Positions 51,392 to 64,000 of a stretch of DNA of 64,000 nucleotides are shown here, piece after piece; positions within the stretch are counted from its first letter, which is position 1, and each line of letters starts with the position of its first letter. The notes under the pieces were generated by a model. It searched no databases. It saw only the letters and a program-made list of their open reading frames with translations, and was not told where the DNA came from. The stretch comes from Botryllus schlosseri (lineage: Eukaryota). A program made the translations under genes and the position numbers. The stretch is from positions 15,316,001-15,380,000 of the forward strand of contig CM119372.1 in assembly GCA_051294905.1 (NCBI GenBank). The letters run 5' to 3'.

Positions 51392-51555
51392 CTAAATGCG
51401 TATATTTTTGTTACATTCATAGATATTGACTCTTAATATAGGCTAATTACACAGTACCCTTTCAACTTATTTTACATCCATCGTAAAAAGGATATCCATT
51501 ATCCAGGAGTTATCATAAATATATTTAATGAGCGCAATAACTTCAATGATCTCAC

Positions 51556-51644
51556 CTTCTGGAAGAATGATTGTATATCAACGCTGTACACACTGCTACG
51601 CCCAGTATTCCCACAGCAAGAGATTTTCGATTTCTTGTGATCAT
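51556..51644 (-). CDS. Probable first coding exon of the WSCD-like gene (type II signal anchor)
   Basis: MITRNRKSLAVGILGVAVCTALIYNHSSR|GTGAG: short basic tail plus hydrophobic helix, typical of Golgi sulfotransferases. Confidence 0.6.
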
Positions 51645-53401
51645 GCCTTCGAATTGCAATGTAAGGTCCGGCAAGGAGAGCGAAATCCGTTAAATGAATA
51701 TCGTGTATTTTTCTCGCTTAGCGAAGTACGATCTTCATCCCTAGTTCCCCATTCGTGACGATGGTAAACACCTACTTATAACTAGAGGGCAACAAGTTAC
51801 CAAACGTAAAATAAATGCGATGAAGTATGACCGGTGACAGCCATATAGGCATATTGATAAGTATGAGGCAATAGTGGATTGAACTGTTCCCTAGAAGCCG
51901 AATAGAAATATCCAGCAGATACAGAAGATCGCCTCTACTTGCACGCCACCGCAGTATAATTTCTAAATTTTCTCACAAGTTCTGCTACAATCGTTCGCAA
52001 GCGCTAGTTACTGAACGAATATAAATTCGACATTCATGGGATTCAACAACTCAACAATAATAGGATCTGCTTGCCGATTCATATCCGTCTCGTATATCAA
52101 CAATCACTGTCTTTCGTACATTGCAGTTAGGACTATGGGTAACCATCGGAGTACTCAAATCCGAATTGAGCATCAGATGTTTTCGACTACAGGGATTTAA
52201 TCACCCAAAATTCTTTTATGCAGTATAATTGTAATCGGCATTATTACAGGAAAGGAAAGGACGTAGTTTATGTTTGTCCTTGATGTTTCTGCGGCATATA
52301 TACACCGACTCATGATACACAATACACACGATATGCGTGTATTGTAAGGTACATATTTGAACACTTCACGTCTGTCTTACTGATCGTGATATGACATCAT
52401 AACAAGTGGTACTTGTATGCTCGACTCGAAGCTCAATACTCTCTCTACTGTCTACTCCGAATCGAATCACTCATCAGGTAGTCGATTTTACCCAGCCCTA
52501 GTTATAACATGGTAACAGGACGCTGGCGACATGAAATGGTCAGTAATATTACTGGGTTACTGTCAGATCTAGGTGTCTCTGGTTATTACGGGTATAGGAA
52601 TGAGCGTTTAGCTTTAGATATATTAATTCAATGCTATCCTTATACTGTTTCCACTTGAATCGATGTGTCGGAGCTACACGAACCCGCTCTATAATATGTT
52701 GGAATTATATCTAACTGCCCTATAGAACTTGAAGACCAATCTTCGCCGAAAGCGGTCCCGACCCAATGTAACACAAATGATTGCTGAGAACAGTGCAGTA
52801 ATAACAGGCCACTACACGGAGAATAATCTGGATACTCCAGTTATATTCCGCCAATTATATCCAGCCAAGGGGCGGGATCTCGCATGACAAATCGGCTTAG
52901 AAGTATATAATACATAGGATATATTTGGTAAATTGTCGAACATTAGGTGAAATCGCTCAAATTGCTAATGCTTACACTTCAGTCGTTGATAACTTTGCTC
53001 GTAACTACGTGTATATATAGGCCTACTATATGTTACCTAAATTCCGTAACTCATTACAATTGCCTGTTCTAGAACGGTATATGAACCCTGGTAGGCTATA
53101 TTTTGTCGACGTAAAAATCCTGACGAGAAAATGACGCAGACTTTACTAGTATACTGTCTATTAATTGCCTCGGGCAATTTCTACACAATTGACGTAGCTA
53201 ACTGTCATTCAAATTAGGATCATATACGGCATATACCATATGTAGCCTATATGCCGGTATTTTGGTAAGTCGCTTCACTGAACATTTGGCCAAACCTGAG
53301 AAAACACGCGCTCAAATATCATCTCATGAAGCCAATACCGGTGACTGCTGAGCAACTGGTGCATAATGTCATTTATAGAGAATTCATTAATTGGTCACCA
53401 G

Positions 53402-53916
53402 TAGGGCTGGGCAAAATCGAGTACCTGAGTGATTCGATTCTGAATCACGTAAAATGCTTCGAGTCGAGTCGAGTATTCGAGTATCACTCATTATGACGTC
53501 ACAACAGAATGTACTATGTAAAAGTTTAAATATGTACCTTTTATGCCACCACGAAGAACATAATGCCTGTTACCCGTCACATTAATGATACTTCGGTATG
53601 TTTTCGACCATACCGACTTCATTGCACTTCTTGACAATGTTGTGGAACGATCATGACTTCGGAAATGTGTTATTTCCAGTAACGTTCGTAGATTTGTACT
53701 ATGTCTATCATGCTGCGACACGGTCAATCAAGGTTTCAAGGCTTCCTCAGTGGAAAATATTATCAAAACTATAATTCTCGTTAGTTCATTAACTTTCAGT
53801 TGCGAGGAGCGTACAATTTCAGTACTCGAAAAAATCGTCTTTTACTACTCGACTCGAATCATTAAATTTAATACTCGATTCAGATTCGAGTACTCGAATC
53901 ATTGTGTCCAGCCCTA
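53402..53916. mobile_element. hAT MITE with ACTCGA repeats
   Basis: TAGGGCTGG ... CCAGCCCTA; perfect TSD GTCACCAG; an inverted fragment of the same family ends at 52500. Confidence 0.9.
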
Positions 53917-55187
53917 GTCACCAGTGAATTCTACATGTTGGATTCGGCACTTGGTAAATTAGAAATGTAATTATAACTATTATTATTGTAATAGCGATGC
54001 ATCAATTTTGTACTGCACAATATTGAATTGTGATATTCGGTACTTGGTATCAGTGACGTGCGGTCACGGGAGGCAAGTGAGGCTGTGCCTCATCTGTCGT
54101 GAGGATGAGTAAGAGAAAATTGTGAAAACTTTCATTGATTTTGATATTTTCTGTCGCCGTTCATGAATGACTAATTTTGAAAGTTTTACACTAGTATAAT
54201 CACGCAATTTTCCTATTTATTCTCCGAAAATACAGAGCGAAAGGAGAGACGAGACGCGGACGAGCCTGCCTCATTTGTGATAGCGAAATTCATCATAAAC
54301 AGCTCATAATGCCTACTATCAATATTGTCAGAGCACCAGAATCTCCTCAAAATGGCCAAGGATTTTTATATTGCGCGTTCTTATGTATAAGGTCGCTACA
54401 GAGAAACAATAGCCAGATAAGGCACAGAAGAATTAGCCTCACTGACGATCGTAGCGCAATGAAGCAATGCGCTCTCGACTTCACGAACTGTCGGCGTGGT
54501 ATGAATCGTGGAGTTGTGACGGCGACCAGGAAGTGCAGTGCAGATACATTCCCTTTCTGATGTAGCTGTTATATATTTTTAATCCATATACCGTCTACTT
54601 CACATGATTCGGACACTTTGGCCGAAATAAGTGGAAAATCAATTGGTCATTACATAGTCATGCGTAAAGGCAGACAGCGCATTGAAGATACTGTTATGTT
54701 GCGTATTTCGTAAATTGCAGATGCGCTATTACGGTTGTGTTTAAAACAAAAATCAATTTAAAACAAACATGTTTAGAACAAGGCCCTTGTTTAAAACATG
54801 TTTTTTATTGTTTTTTGTTTTTAAAGCAATGACGTCACGAATATTCAATTGTGACGTCATATGGGATTGACATTGATAATTGAAAATATAGGGTAAATAT
54901 AGCTTCTTTAACGAAATTAACCATCTATTTTACCGCACCACGACCTGACATATCGATCTCGCCTTCCGACATATGCCACCTTTTTACTGTCCTTTTATAT
55001 TATCTTCCTTTATTTTTCATTCAGTGTGCACTGTGCAGTGTGCATGCCTACTTTTTATATCGCCTAGGTCAGGGGGGTGTCTGATATCGAAGACTACTTC
55101 AAGTCGTTTCGACACCTTCTTATCTTTCATTGTATCGCAGAGTCGCAGTCTTGTGGTGTATTGAAATGATGAAATTATTAGCAATAA

Positions 55188-57676
55188 ATTGAATTGAATT
55201 GAATTGATACTGTCTTTGTTATGTCAAAATATATAAAAGATCTAAAATAAGTTACAGTTTGGGTCGACAGTTGCAGTGAAAAACACAATTTTTCCACGAA
55301 GATTACGGGAACTGGGCTATATGGCAGGAGCTCCTTGACCAAGAGGTGTCAAACCCAACTTGATTTAAGTTTGGTGTATAATATCCTGAGTTACTGACCA
55401 CATCTAAACATAGCTTTGCGCCATGGATAATCCAGGTGTATTATTACGTGCCTGGTAATCAGAGGTGGTCAGTAACGAAGTACTTTCACTTTTTTGAAGT
55501 ACTCAAGTAGTTTTCCGCTACTTTGGTACTTACTCAAGTAGATCTAATGTACCGCTACTTCTACTTCGTAATATTTTGTGGTCTACTTATTTACTTTTCG
55601 CTATTTTCAGTTTGTCAAGTAGAAGTGGTTTAATCCTCCATTCAAGAAGATAGCCTGAGAAATTTCGAGGGTGCTTTGACGGAGCATCAACATTTAATTT
55701 TCATAAAAGTTGAGTAAAGCCCAGAATTTTCGTCGCGCACAGTGGATATGGAGTGACCATATGATTTCACGAAAGTAATGGTGAATATATATATATATTC
55801 ACCATTACTTTATATATAATAAATTGTCCAGTACAAAACATATGCCTAGTTGATCGGCGGCTCCTTTAAGCGAAGTTCGATGTTCGTCGTATCTGCTGCA
55901 CTGGACCAAGAAGTGTTCGATTGATTCCTCCGAGTAACAGGTTCCGTTCACACCGCATTGTCGCCCATATGAAATATTTCATCACAGGATATATGGCCCA
56001 TCACAACGTTTGAAACTGATGTTTCGCAATCTAGAATTCACTTATCATATCGTAAACTAGCAGTCCACGGCGTGTCCTAATCTGGAAAAGAGGACTCTGA
56101 CTTTTTCAGCTTTAGACCTGATTTAGCATACCACTTTTGAAACTTTCTGGACTAAAGACATGAAGTAACTTTTCCGCTTTTAGAAGTGGTATTGGGATGT
56201 TGGATAATCCGATTTGTGCGAATAATTATCGAGACGACCGATTTCGAATCGTAGGTCGAGGCCGTTCACAATTCCATTTGTGTGCCTTGGAATCAACTTT
56301 TATCAAAATACACCAACCAAAACTCTGTCAACAAAAGGAGTTCGTGTATCACCTAAAAATAGTACATTGAACGCTCTCTCATTCGAAATTTCATGCTGGT
56401 GACGTCATATTTTGTGATACGATTGTTGATATACAATGTTCTTTCCAATTCTCTACTAGTTGCTGACGATTACCCCTGACGAGTGTCAGCCGAAAATATT
56501 CGGGTTCATTTCAATATGAATATACTATTTAATTGTATATTGAAGTTCTGTACCTCCAAGAAGCTCTTCAGAAGTGGTATTTATATTTTTCTTTCAATTC
56601 CCATCATAATACTTTGGGTTCTAATTAGTTTCAGTTCTTTTGTCTGGAGAGCATATATGTTGAAGTATTTAAGCAACTGTAGTAATGCCTTTAATTTCAG
56701 GAGATAAAGCTACACAATATGGCATTTCTACGATCCACCATATCTTTTATTAACCTTTACTAATCGCGCAAAGTGTTTACACCGTATCCGATACAACTTC
56801 TCCGGATTGCTCTTCAACTAAACTTCAGGCCTTATAATATGGGGGAGGGCGCCAATACCATGATATTTTGTAAAACGGGCTGTTCGAGTAAACAGAGGAC
56901 TAGTATCGCATTTCCGTATCAATCAATACTATCATTTTCATTCCATGATGCGGACGAATGCTTATGCTGTTGAAAATTGGATACATCCCGGTATTCATCA
57001 ATATGAATCAAGCTCTGCACTTTTCGCATAGCTCAATTTGCAGCTTTTGACAATCCATGCGAACTAACTACAGCCGTTGTTACAACTACTTACTTACTTG
57101 AGTAGATTTAAAGTTAGTCAATTCTACTTTTACTTCAAGTAGTTTTAGATTGCTTATGGAAGAAGTACTTCTACTTGTACTCGAGAAGATTTTTTTCGAC
57201 GCTACTTCTACTTCTACTTCAGTAGCTTTCTTGATCACTTTGACCACCTCTGCTGGTAATAATATGGATTTCACCATATTGTCACGTAAACAAGACACGG
57301 ATTATATTCTCACCGTGTTCTGGGACTAGGCGTTCCATAAAATAAGCCCAAAGTGAGCTGGAATCCCTGGGTGCTTGATGAATCTGTCGCAGAACGAAAA
57401 TTCTATACATATACCTTTTTGAGCATTATAATAAGCAATTTGAATCCGTCATGTGCAGAGATTGGTATCGCTTCAAAATCAAAGTGATGTTGTTATAGCA
57501 TGATAAAAACATCCGATGGTTTGCACTGCAAAGATAATTTCTAAATTTAGTATAAAAGATAGCCGTTTCAGGCTACAGAGATGTTGCATTCTGGACACGA
57601 TTCTAAAATACTCGACTTCGATTGAAATCATATAGGATTGGAGAAGGAGTATTCGGCTAATTTTGCCTGACACGAT
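55188..57676 (-). mobile_element. Probable LINE 3' fragment with (TTCAA)n tail, interrupted by a hAT element
   Basis: (ATTGA)n at 55188-55207 at the boundary of homology with 48207-48880. Confidence 0.5.
55460..57252. mobile_element. Non-autonomous hAT element with CTACTT subterminal repeats
   Basis: TIR CAGAGGTGGTCA / TGACCACCTCTG; perfect TSD CTGGTAAT; empty site in the paralogue at about 48459; another left-end fragment at about 57805-57970. Confidence 0.93.
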
Positions 57677-59216
57677 TTTCGCGTAAAGGCCTTTGTTTAA
57701 AACACTGTTCAAAATACCATTTGTTTTAAATGCAACCCTATGCCCGATACTGCAATGATCGCATAAAGCAGAGAAGAATATATACCTTCACGTTGTGTTA
57801 TATACAGAGGTTGTCAGTTACGAAGTACTACTTTTTCAAAGTACTCAAGTAATTTTCGTCTACTTCTAGTATTTACTCAAGTAAATCTAATTTTTTCTCT
57901 ACTTCTACTTAGTAATATTTTGTGATTTACTTTCTTTTCGCTATTTGCAGTTTGTAAAGTAGAAGTAGAAGGCAATTTCAGACCAGCAGTTAATCACAAC
58001 ATATTGTTACAGAGGTCCCCGAATCGGGCCATCGAGTGTCTCATCCTTTCCATCGTTTTTATGTCAACTAGTGCACCAGCTAAACAAGTTGTGTGGGATT
58101 TTGTACAGGAGCTTATAAGGCAGGGGCGTCCAACATTTTTGGTAAAGGAGCCACGTTGTGGTGTAGCCTACCAACGATTGCGCGTTGATGTGCGTCGTGT
58201 TGATGAGCTTATTTCCAAGGGAACTCTACCCTTACCCAGAAGTCAAATAAATCTGTCTAAAATATTAAAATAATATAGGTCTACTTTATGTTAATTTATG
58301 GAAAATTTGGCAAAAACTTGGCTCACGAGTCAAGGGTTACTGTATCCGCAGCCAATATTATCGAATTCCCATGATTGAATAATGTGCACTAGTCCAAACA
58401 TCGTCGCATATTTGCCAAACTCTTGTTAGTTGAGTTGTTGAAATGTGGACTCTTGATAATCTCGAGACTCAATATGACGTAACAATAAAATATTCTTCAT
58501 AAATCAGCTGCTGTCACGGTACTCGCTTCCGAAGTACATACCGTATCTTTCTCTGTGGAAAGGTTTTTTTTATTTCGAATCCGTTTTAAATTTTGGATGA
58601 TAATCTACAATCTGTATTAATTTATTGGTCATTTATAGTCAGATTCTTCATGATATAGAAAATTTCACTCAAAGAAGAGAATTGAAGCTGGCAACTTAAA
58701 TTGTGATTTTGGCTCCCTGGCAACTCAGTCAGCTGATAGATCACGTGACAAATTGTGATGTCATAATAGCTATTGAAATAAAACGGAAAATAATTTTACA
58801 GTATTTCATTGTCGAGTAGTTTTATCCTTGTGAAGAGCCTCTAATAATTTGATAGCGATGTCGTCTTATCGAATGCGCAATTCTTGCCCTCGTAGCAGGT
58901 AAATTTTTTTTAATCCTTCTCTTATATGCATGAGCTGTGGTGGTGTTGCGGCCAATCATTAGGTGACAGTCGGCATTTAGCTCTGCGATTGCTGCAGAAA
59001 TACAAGTAATGTCATGTTCATTGTTCATTCATTGTGACTTACATTCGTACTGAGCTAACGGACGGCAGATCGGGTGGCAGATCTACACTATTATGTTCAT
59101 GCCTTACAGTCACATCCAGTGAACCATAAGATATAGTCTGTTTGGAAAATAGATTACATTCAAAATATACATTGATTGTTTCTAAGTTTCAAGATTTGTG
59201 CATCATGCTGTTTCAG

Positions 59217-62200
59217 TGCTACAATCCGTCGTGCTAAAGATGCCTTTCCGTCATCTTCGATCGGTTTCCATTTTCCTCTCGTGGAACAGGATAACTATGT
59301 GAGTTGAATAAAATGTCATACTGCATCTCATGTATCCCTACTAGGCATCACAAATTTTTTCTAGATTTCCTCACACGGAAAATATGTGAATCCTGCTAGT
59401 TTCCAAAACTTCCAGCCCATTGACAGAGATAACAACGTAAGTTTGTATTGCTGTTTGCCAATATGCAAATGGTCACCAAGTAATATTGTTTTTAGCGTCT
59501 AAAGAAAGCTTGGAATAGTTTGGTATCCTGCATGAGACCATTGTCCTGTATGCCTTGCGCAGTAAGCAGTGTTAATCTCCATTGAATATAATTATCACAT
59601 GCATTTACACAAATCTATTCAATTTTTAGCGAGAACAACCTGTGCCAAAAAATTATCTTGAGGTGGGATTTCATACCATTCCTAATCATTATGGAGTTTA
59701 CTACTCTCACTTTAATAGGAAAAGGAAGAGGTGGACAGCGAATATGACTCTCGGAATTTGCCGTTCTTGACATTAGTTAAAGAGTATCTTGCAATCGAAG
59801 AAGTAAGTTATTTTAGGATATAATTTAGAATCATTCCACTTTTTTACACTTAGGCCTACGCCAGATATCAATAGCATAGTGAAACCACGGGATGACATAC
59901 CGGTAGGCTCTCTATGGTAGTTGCTAGGCATGCCATATTATGAATTGGCAACGATGATGATGAGACATCAATAAAAATATATAGAATAAATAAAATTTAG
60001 TAGTAGTTCAGTAGTTTAGTATAGTTGATGGGAACCCATTTTGCGGACCCCACTTAACGGCACTTCTTTGCTGGTCCCATTTCACTCAAGGCAGCACGTC
60101 ACTCACTCATGGATCCATGCTATAACAGATATTAACATTATTTTTTTGACACCTTCCAGAATAAGATTGCTAACGAGATGAAGGATGTGCAGCGGAACCA
60201 TAGAAATTCATTCAAAAATGGTCATGACCGAATGCTGGTAAGAGGATTATTTAAGTTAAAGTCCATTATTGAAAAAATTGAGCATGTATATCAATCTTGC
60301 GGGATTTGACCTTGTCGATTAGAGGCAAACAGGACGAGTTGTCCGTAAATTCCAGTGGCACAAGTTCAGGAAAGAGTATTCGAGTAAGGATTCAATCAAT
60401 TCACGTATATCTGTTTACCGACCGTGTAGATTTGGGTGCATTCAAAACTAACTAGAAATACTGCATTTGTAAGTGGTGGATGAAGATATCCGCAGAACAA
60501 CAATGTTGATAACAAATTTGATTTGGTATCATCATGGACTGTTTATAGTTATATCTTTGCAGTCTTCAGCCTGTCTAATGTCACTTTTCATCAATATTGC
60601 TGATTCAACTCCATCATTTTGCAGAAACAAAAATCCAAGTTTTCAAATTCGAAACAAAGGCTCCGCTATGAAGTAGATCTGTGCGATAACAATCCTCATG
60701 TTTCGCGTAGAAATGTCATTGAAATATCCGAGGTGTCACTTTGAGTATTTCCATAGAAATTATGGCCCATGGCATCCAAACAACACTCCGTAGAAGTGTA
60801 ATTGAGCACAACTAGTGGCTGACACACGAGAGCAAGAACATTGATAACGAAAAGAGCCATTTTACCACTTGGGTAAATTTTGAAACATTCTATTTAATGC
60901 GAGGATTTGGAGGAACGGAATCTGAAACGAGATAATTCGTTGAGGGCATCTGACTCACCTCAAAGTCAGATTGTGAAATCTCGTGTAAGCTCCGTGTAGT
61001 GTCATTTCCTATTTCATTAAATTGATTGATTGATAACTATTAGCTTTCTTCATAGCACATCAATACTCTTCTGCAGATACCTATGTTGTTAATGTATAGA
61101 ACATACTTTTGTTATCAATTCTGTTTATCTCAGACGATTCAACGAGATGCGCTACCCAACTCCATATCGTATAGGTTTCTAAAGTCATTGGGGTAGATAT
61201 CTGTGTACACATAGGGCCATACATGTACCGAGACATACATATACTTTAAAATGTATTAAATGGAATAGATATATACCTTGCAGAAACGAACGGGGGAGAG
61301 AAGATCAAAGCCTAGATCAATCCCGACGGAAGAAACTAGTCAGAGAAAAGTGAGTTAACTATCAAGTGTATCTGAAAGACTCAAATTATTATATTATTAT
61401 TTTGCCTCTTTTCAAGACTGGTCGTAAACCCGGTAAAATGATATCTGAAGATATTGCTTTCACCGAATCTCCATTGGATAACATGAGACAGGAATCCTTG
61501 GTATGAATTGAATTCAGCTCATTATGTTTTCAATGTAATGAGCCTGTTGATAACAGGCGTTGGGGAAACAACATTTGAAAGTCAGGGACCAAGGTGATCC
61601 GAACCAGATGTCGCATCCCACCAACTCTGCTCTGAGATCTCGAGTAAGTTTACTTTTTGTAATATTGGAAACCCTATTGATTAGTGATGTATCAGACTTT
61701 AATGATATTGTATTTGCGATGGTATGTTCGATCAGCAATATTGTCATACACAGTTAAGCTACCTAACAACCTTCATACTTTAATTCTCACGCCGTGAAAG
61801 TGATGTTATCTATATTGTTTAGAAGTCAAAACCAAGAAAGAATGCTAATCCCGAGTTGATTCTGCACGAGGGCAATGCTTGTCTTCAGGTACCCATTAAT
61901 TTTGAGTATTGAGGACTTGAGGTGAGCTATGTAATTATTTTGAAGAGGGAAAGAAAATGTGGTAAATGGGTGCTAGAGAATGATAACGTCAATCAGTCAC
62001 CGAGATCTATCACCAGAAAAAAATCTGTGGTATGCATTTGTTACAATAGTTACTGGAACATTTCTAACACATGATTTCTGGTAGCAGGTATTGGTGGTGC
62101 ATAATGAGGAAGATTTGAGACGCATTCCATGTCGACTTGAACCTATGCCTAAGCAACGGGTATTTGACCTATTTTGAATATTTGTGATGTAATAGGCCTG

Positions 62201-63900
62201 TTGGATACACAAGATTTCATTGCAAGTTGATCTACATTTCCGATTCCATACATGCATCTTGAAATTTAAGTCAGTGAATTTCCTAATTGTGATTGCATTC
62301 AGCTAAGTTTTGAATCAGATATATAGCAGTACAGTTCATTATTAGTAATGGTTAAGTGAATAAGTGTGCTTGATAAATATTTAGGTACAGTTGTTTGTTG
62401 TTTTATGTGCGCTTCCAGTAGCCTTCAATACTTTCTTTGCTTGAAAAATTCCACAGAAGTCAAGATCTGAAAAGAAGCGTCGACCAGCGTCTGAAAAATG
62501 CCGTTCGAAGAAGAAAACCCTGCAACAGGTATTTCGACTTTCAAACACGCTGCAAAGTCTTGACAATGATGCTATCTATTCATTTGCAGGAGATATCGAA
62601 TTCAGCAGACGTAGCAGGAAGGCAGAATCCAGTGAAGAAATCCCAGTCGGATATTTCTGCAAGCGTGGCTTTGGTCAGAAAATGCGCAAATTCCATTTGA
62701 GCTTCCTTTGTAAATATATTTGATTAACGATTCGTTCAGATTCCAAAAATAGAGCAATTGGGGAGCTGCGAGTATACCAGATATCCGTCTCCACCTCGAC
62801 ATAAACCAAATAACGAACCCAGGGTAAGTGAATTTGTATTATCGATTGCCTCTTTTTATATATGCTGATCCAGATGGTTTGCAGCTCCTTTGAGGCTAGC
62901 AAGCAAGTACAGCGGGTCTATCCTTTACTGAGTTGCAAATTTCTAAGTAATTGTAAATAACTTTACAGAGGAATGTGAAATACAGAACATTGGGTCATGG
63001 GGACAATGCTTGTTTGCAACAGGTATCATTTTCCTGATAGATAATTGAATATGGATTGATTCTCTATCGTTTTCTTATCAATTTAGAATGGTGGAAGGAA
63101 CGTTTCGATTGAAGGAATCAAGTATAGGAGTCGATCCGTGTCGAAGGTGATTGTTTATTTTCATCCGATTATATGCGCCTGTACTCACACCTTATCACAT
63201 TTCAGGATGCACACTTGTCTCGCGGTGATCTCCTCAAACAAAGTTCATCGCCACAACAGGTATAAACTGTCATGCTTATCACTTGGGTTGGAATCAAATA
63301 AAAAAAACTACGATGTGACTATAGGCTGAAAGTATATTTGCATACACCCCTGTTTCTCTGTGATAAAATGTAACTTTCGAAGCTTATCACACATTTGATA
63401 AAGTTGCAAACTATATAACAAATTTGATAGATCATTGCATTTCATAACTCTCTCACTTCACAGGTTGAACCTGTTGCAGTGCGTAGTCTTGGAAGTGACA
63501 TGGGGGATATGCAAGCAAAAAAGGAGATGAGAAGAGAAAAGATGCTCAAAACAAGCAAAGCTCCAAAACAGGTTGGATATTGTGTTGTTAAGAATTTATG
63601 TTGTTTTGCTGACTTTACTGATCAACTCCTGAATGGTATATAATCAGCAATTCTGCGGTGCAGAATGATTATTATTCACGCAAAATTTCAAGACACTTTT
63701 CAAGCTTATTTGGAGCTAGGCTGTTCAAAATCGATACACTACTCCCGATCTATTTCCTTCTTTTCCTCCAGGATCAACATCAATTTTGGTTCGATGAAAA
63801 TAAAGACTCTCTCTCTCTCTCTCAAGTTGAAACTGTGGAGCAACTTGAATTGAAAGATGTCTCGCTGAATCCATCTGCCAACTCGCAACAAGATATGCAT
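59217..63900 (+). CDS. Uncharacterised gene made of many short phase-0 exons (probably continues beyond window)
   Basis: AG/GT-bounded stop-free exons, all multiples of 3: 59365-59436, 59496-59561, 59630-59662, 59719-59802, 60160-60237, 61284-61349, 61417-61500, 61557-61643, 61823-61888, 62590-62664, 62740-62823, 62969-63022, 63087-63146, 63206-63259, 63464-63571, 63772-63900; start codon uncertain. Confidence 0.75.
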
Positions 63901-64000
63901 GTAAGCTTTTCTAACTATCTCAAGTTTTTCTTTACAAGTCAATGAAGTGTGTTAATGCTTCCTGTGTCTTTGCATGGTATCAATTGTGGTCGCCTGTATT

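Larger units (their letters stand above)
54731..57740. mobile_element. Copy of the 50338 MITE family expanded by nested insertions
   Basis: Left part 54731-54920 and right end TTTGTTTTAAATGCAACCCTA align with 50338-50764. Confidence 0.75.

Overview
AT-rich eukaryotic (animal-like, probably marine invertebrate; organism not determinable) genomic DNA with short GT-AG introns and many hAT-type MITEs with 8-bp TSDs. The window is dominated by two related giant palindromic (fold-back) elements, E1 9685-22375 (12.7 kb) and E2 32091-45831 (13.7 kb). Both have Polinton/Maverick hallmarks: 5'-AGTAGT...ACTACT-3' ends and perfect 6-bp TSDs (AACGCT; CACAAG). Each consists of ONE element end copied back on itself, giving near-identical arms of 4.7 kb and 6.4 kb around spacers of 3.2 kb and 0.9 kb. 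I could not recognise pPolB, integrase, capsid, ATPase or protease genes in either. E2 keeps one convincingly intact gene, present in both arms, for a 204-aa protein resembling a tandem OB-fold (RPA-like) ssDNA-binding protein. Junction microhomologies and a half-copied nested MITE indicate serial copy-back events, like defective-interfering genomes of a Polinton-like virus. Host genes are a WSCD-like WSC-domain sulfotransferase (minus strand, E2 in an intron, possibly decaying) and two uncharacterised genes built from short phase-0 exons. All alignments and coordinates were read by eye; no database search was run.
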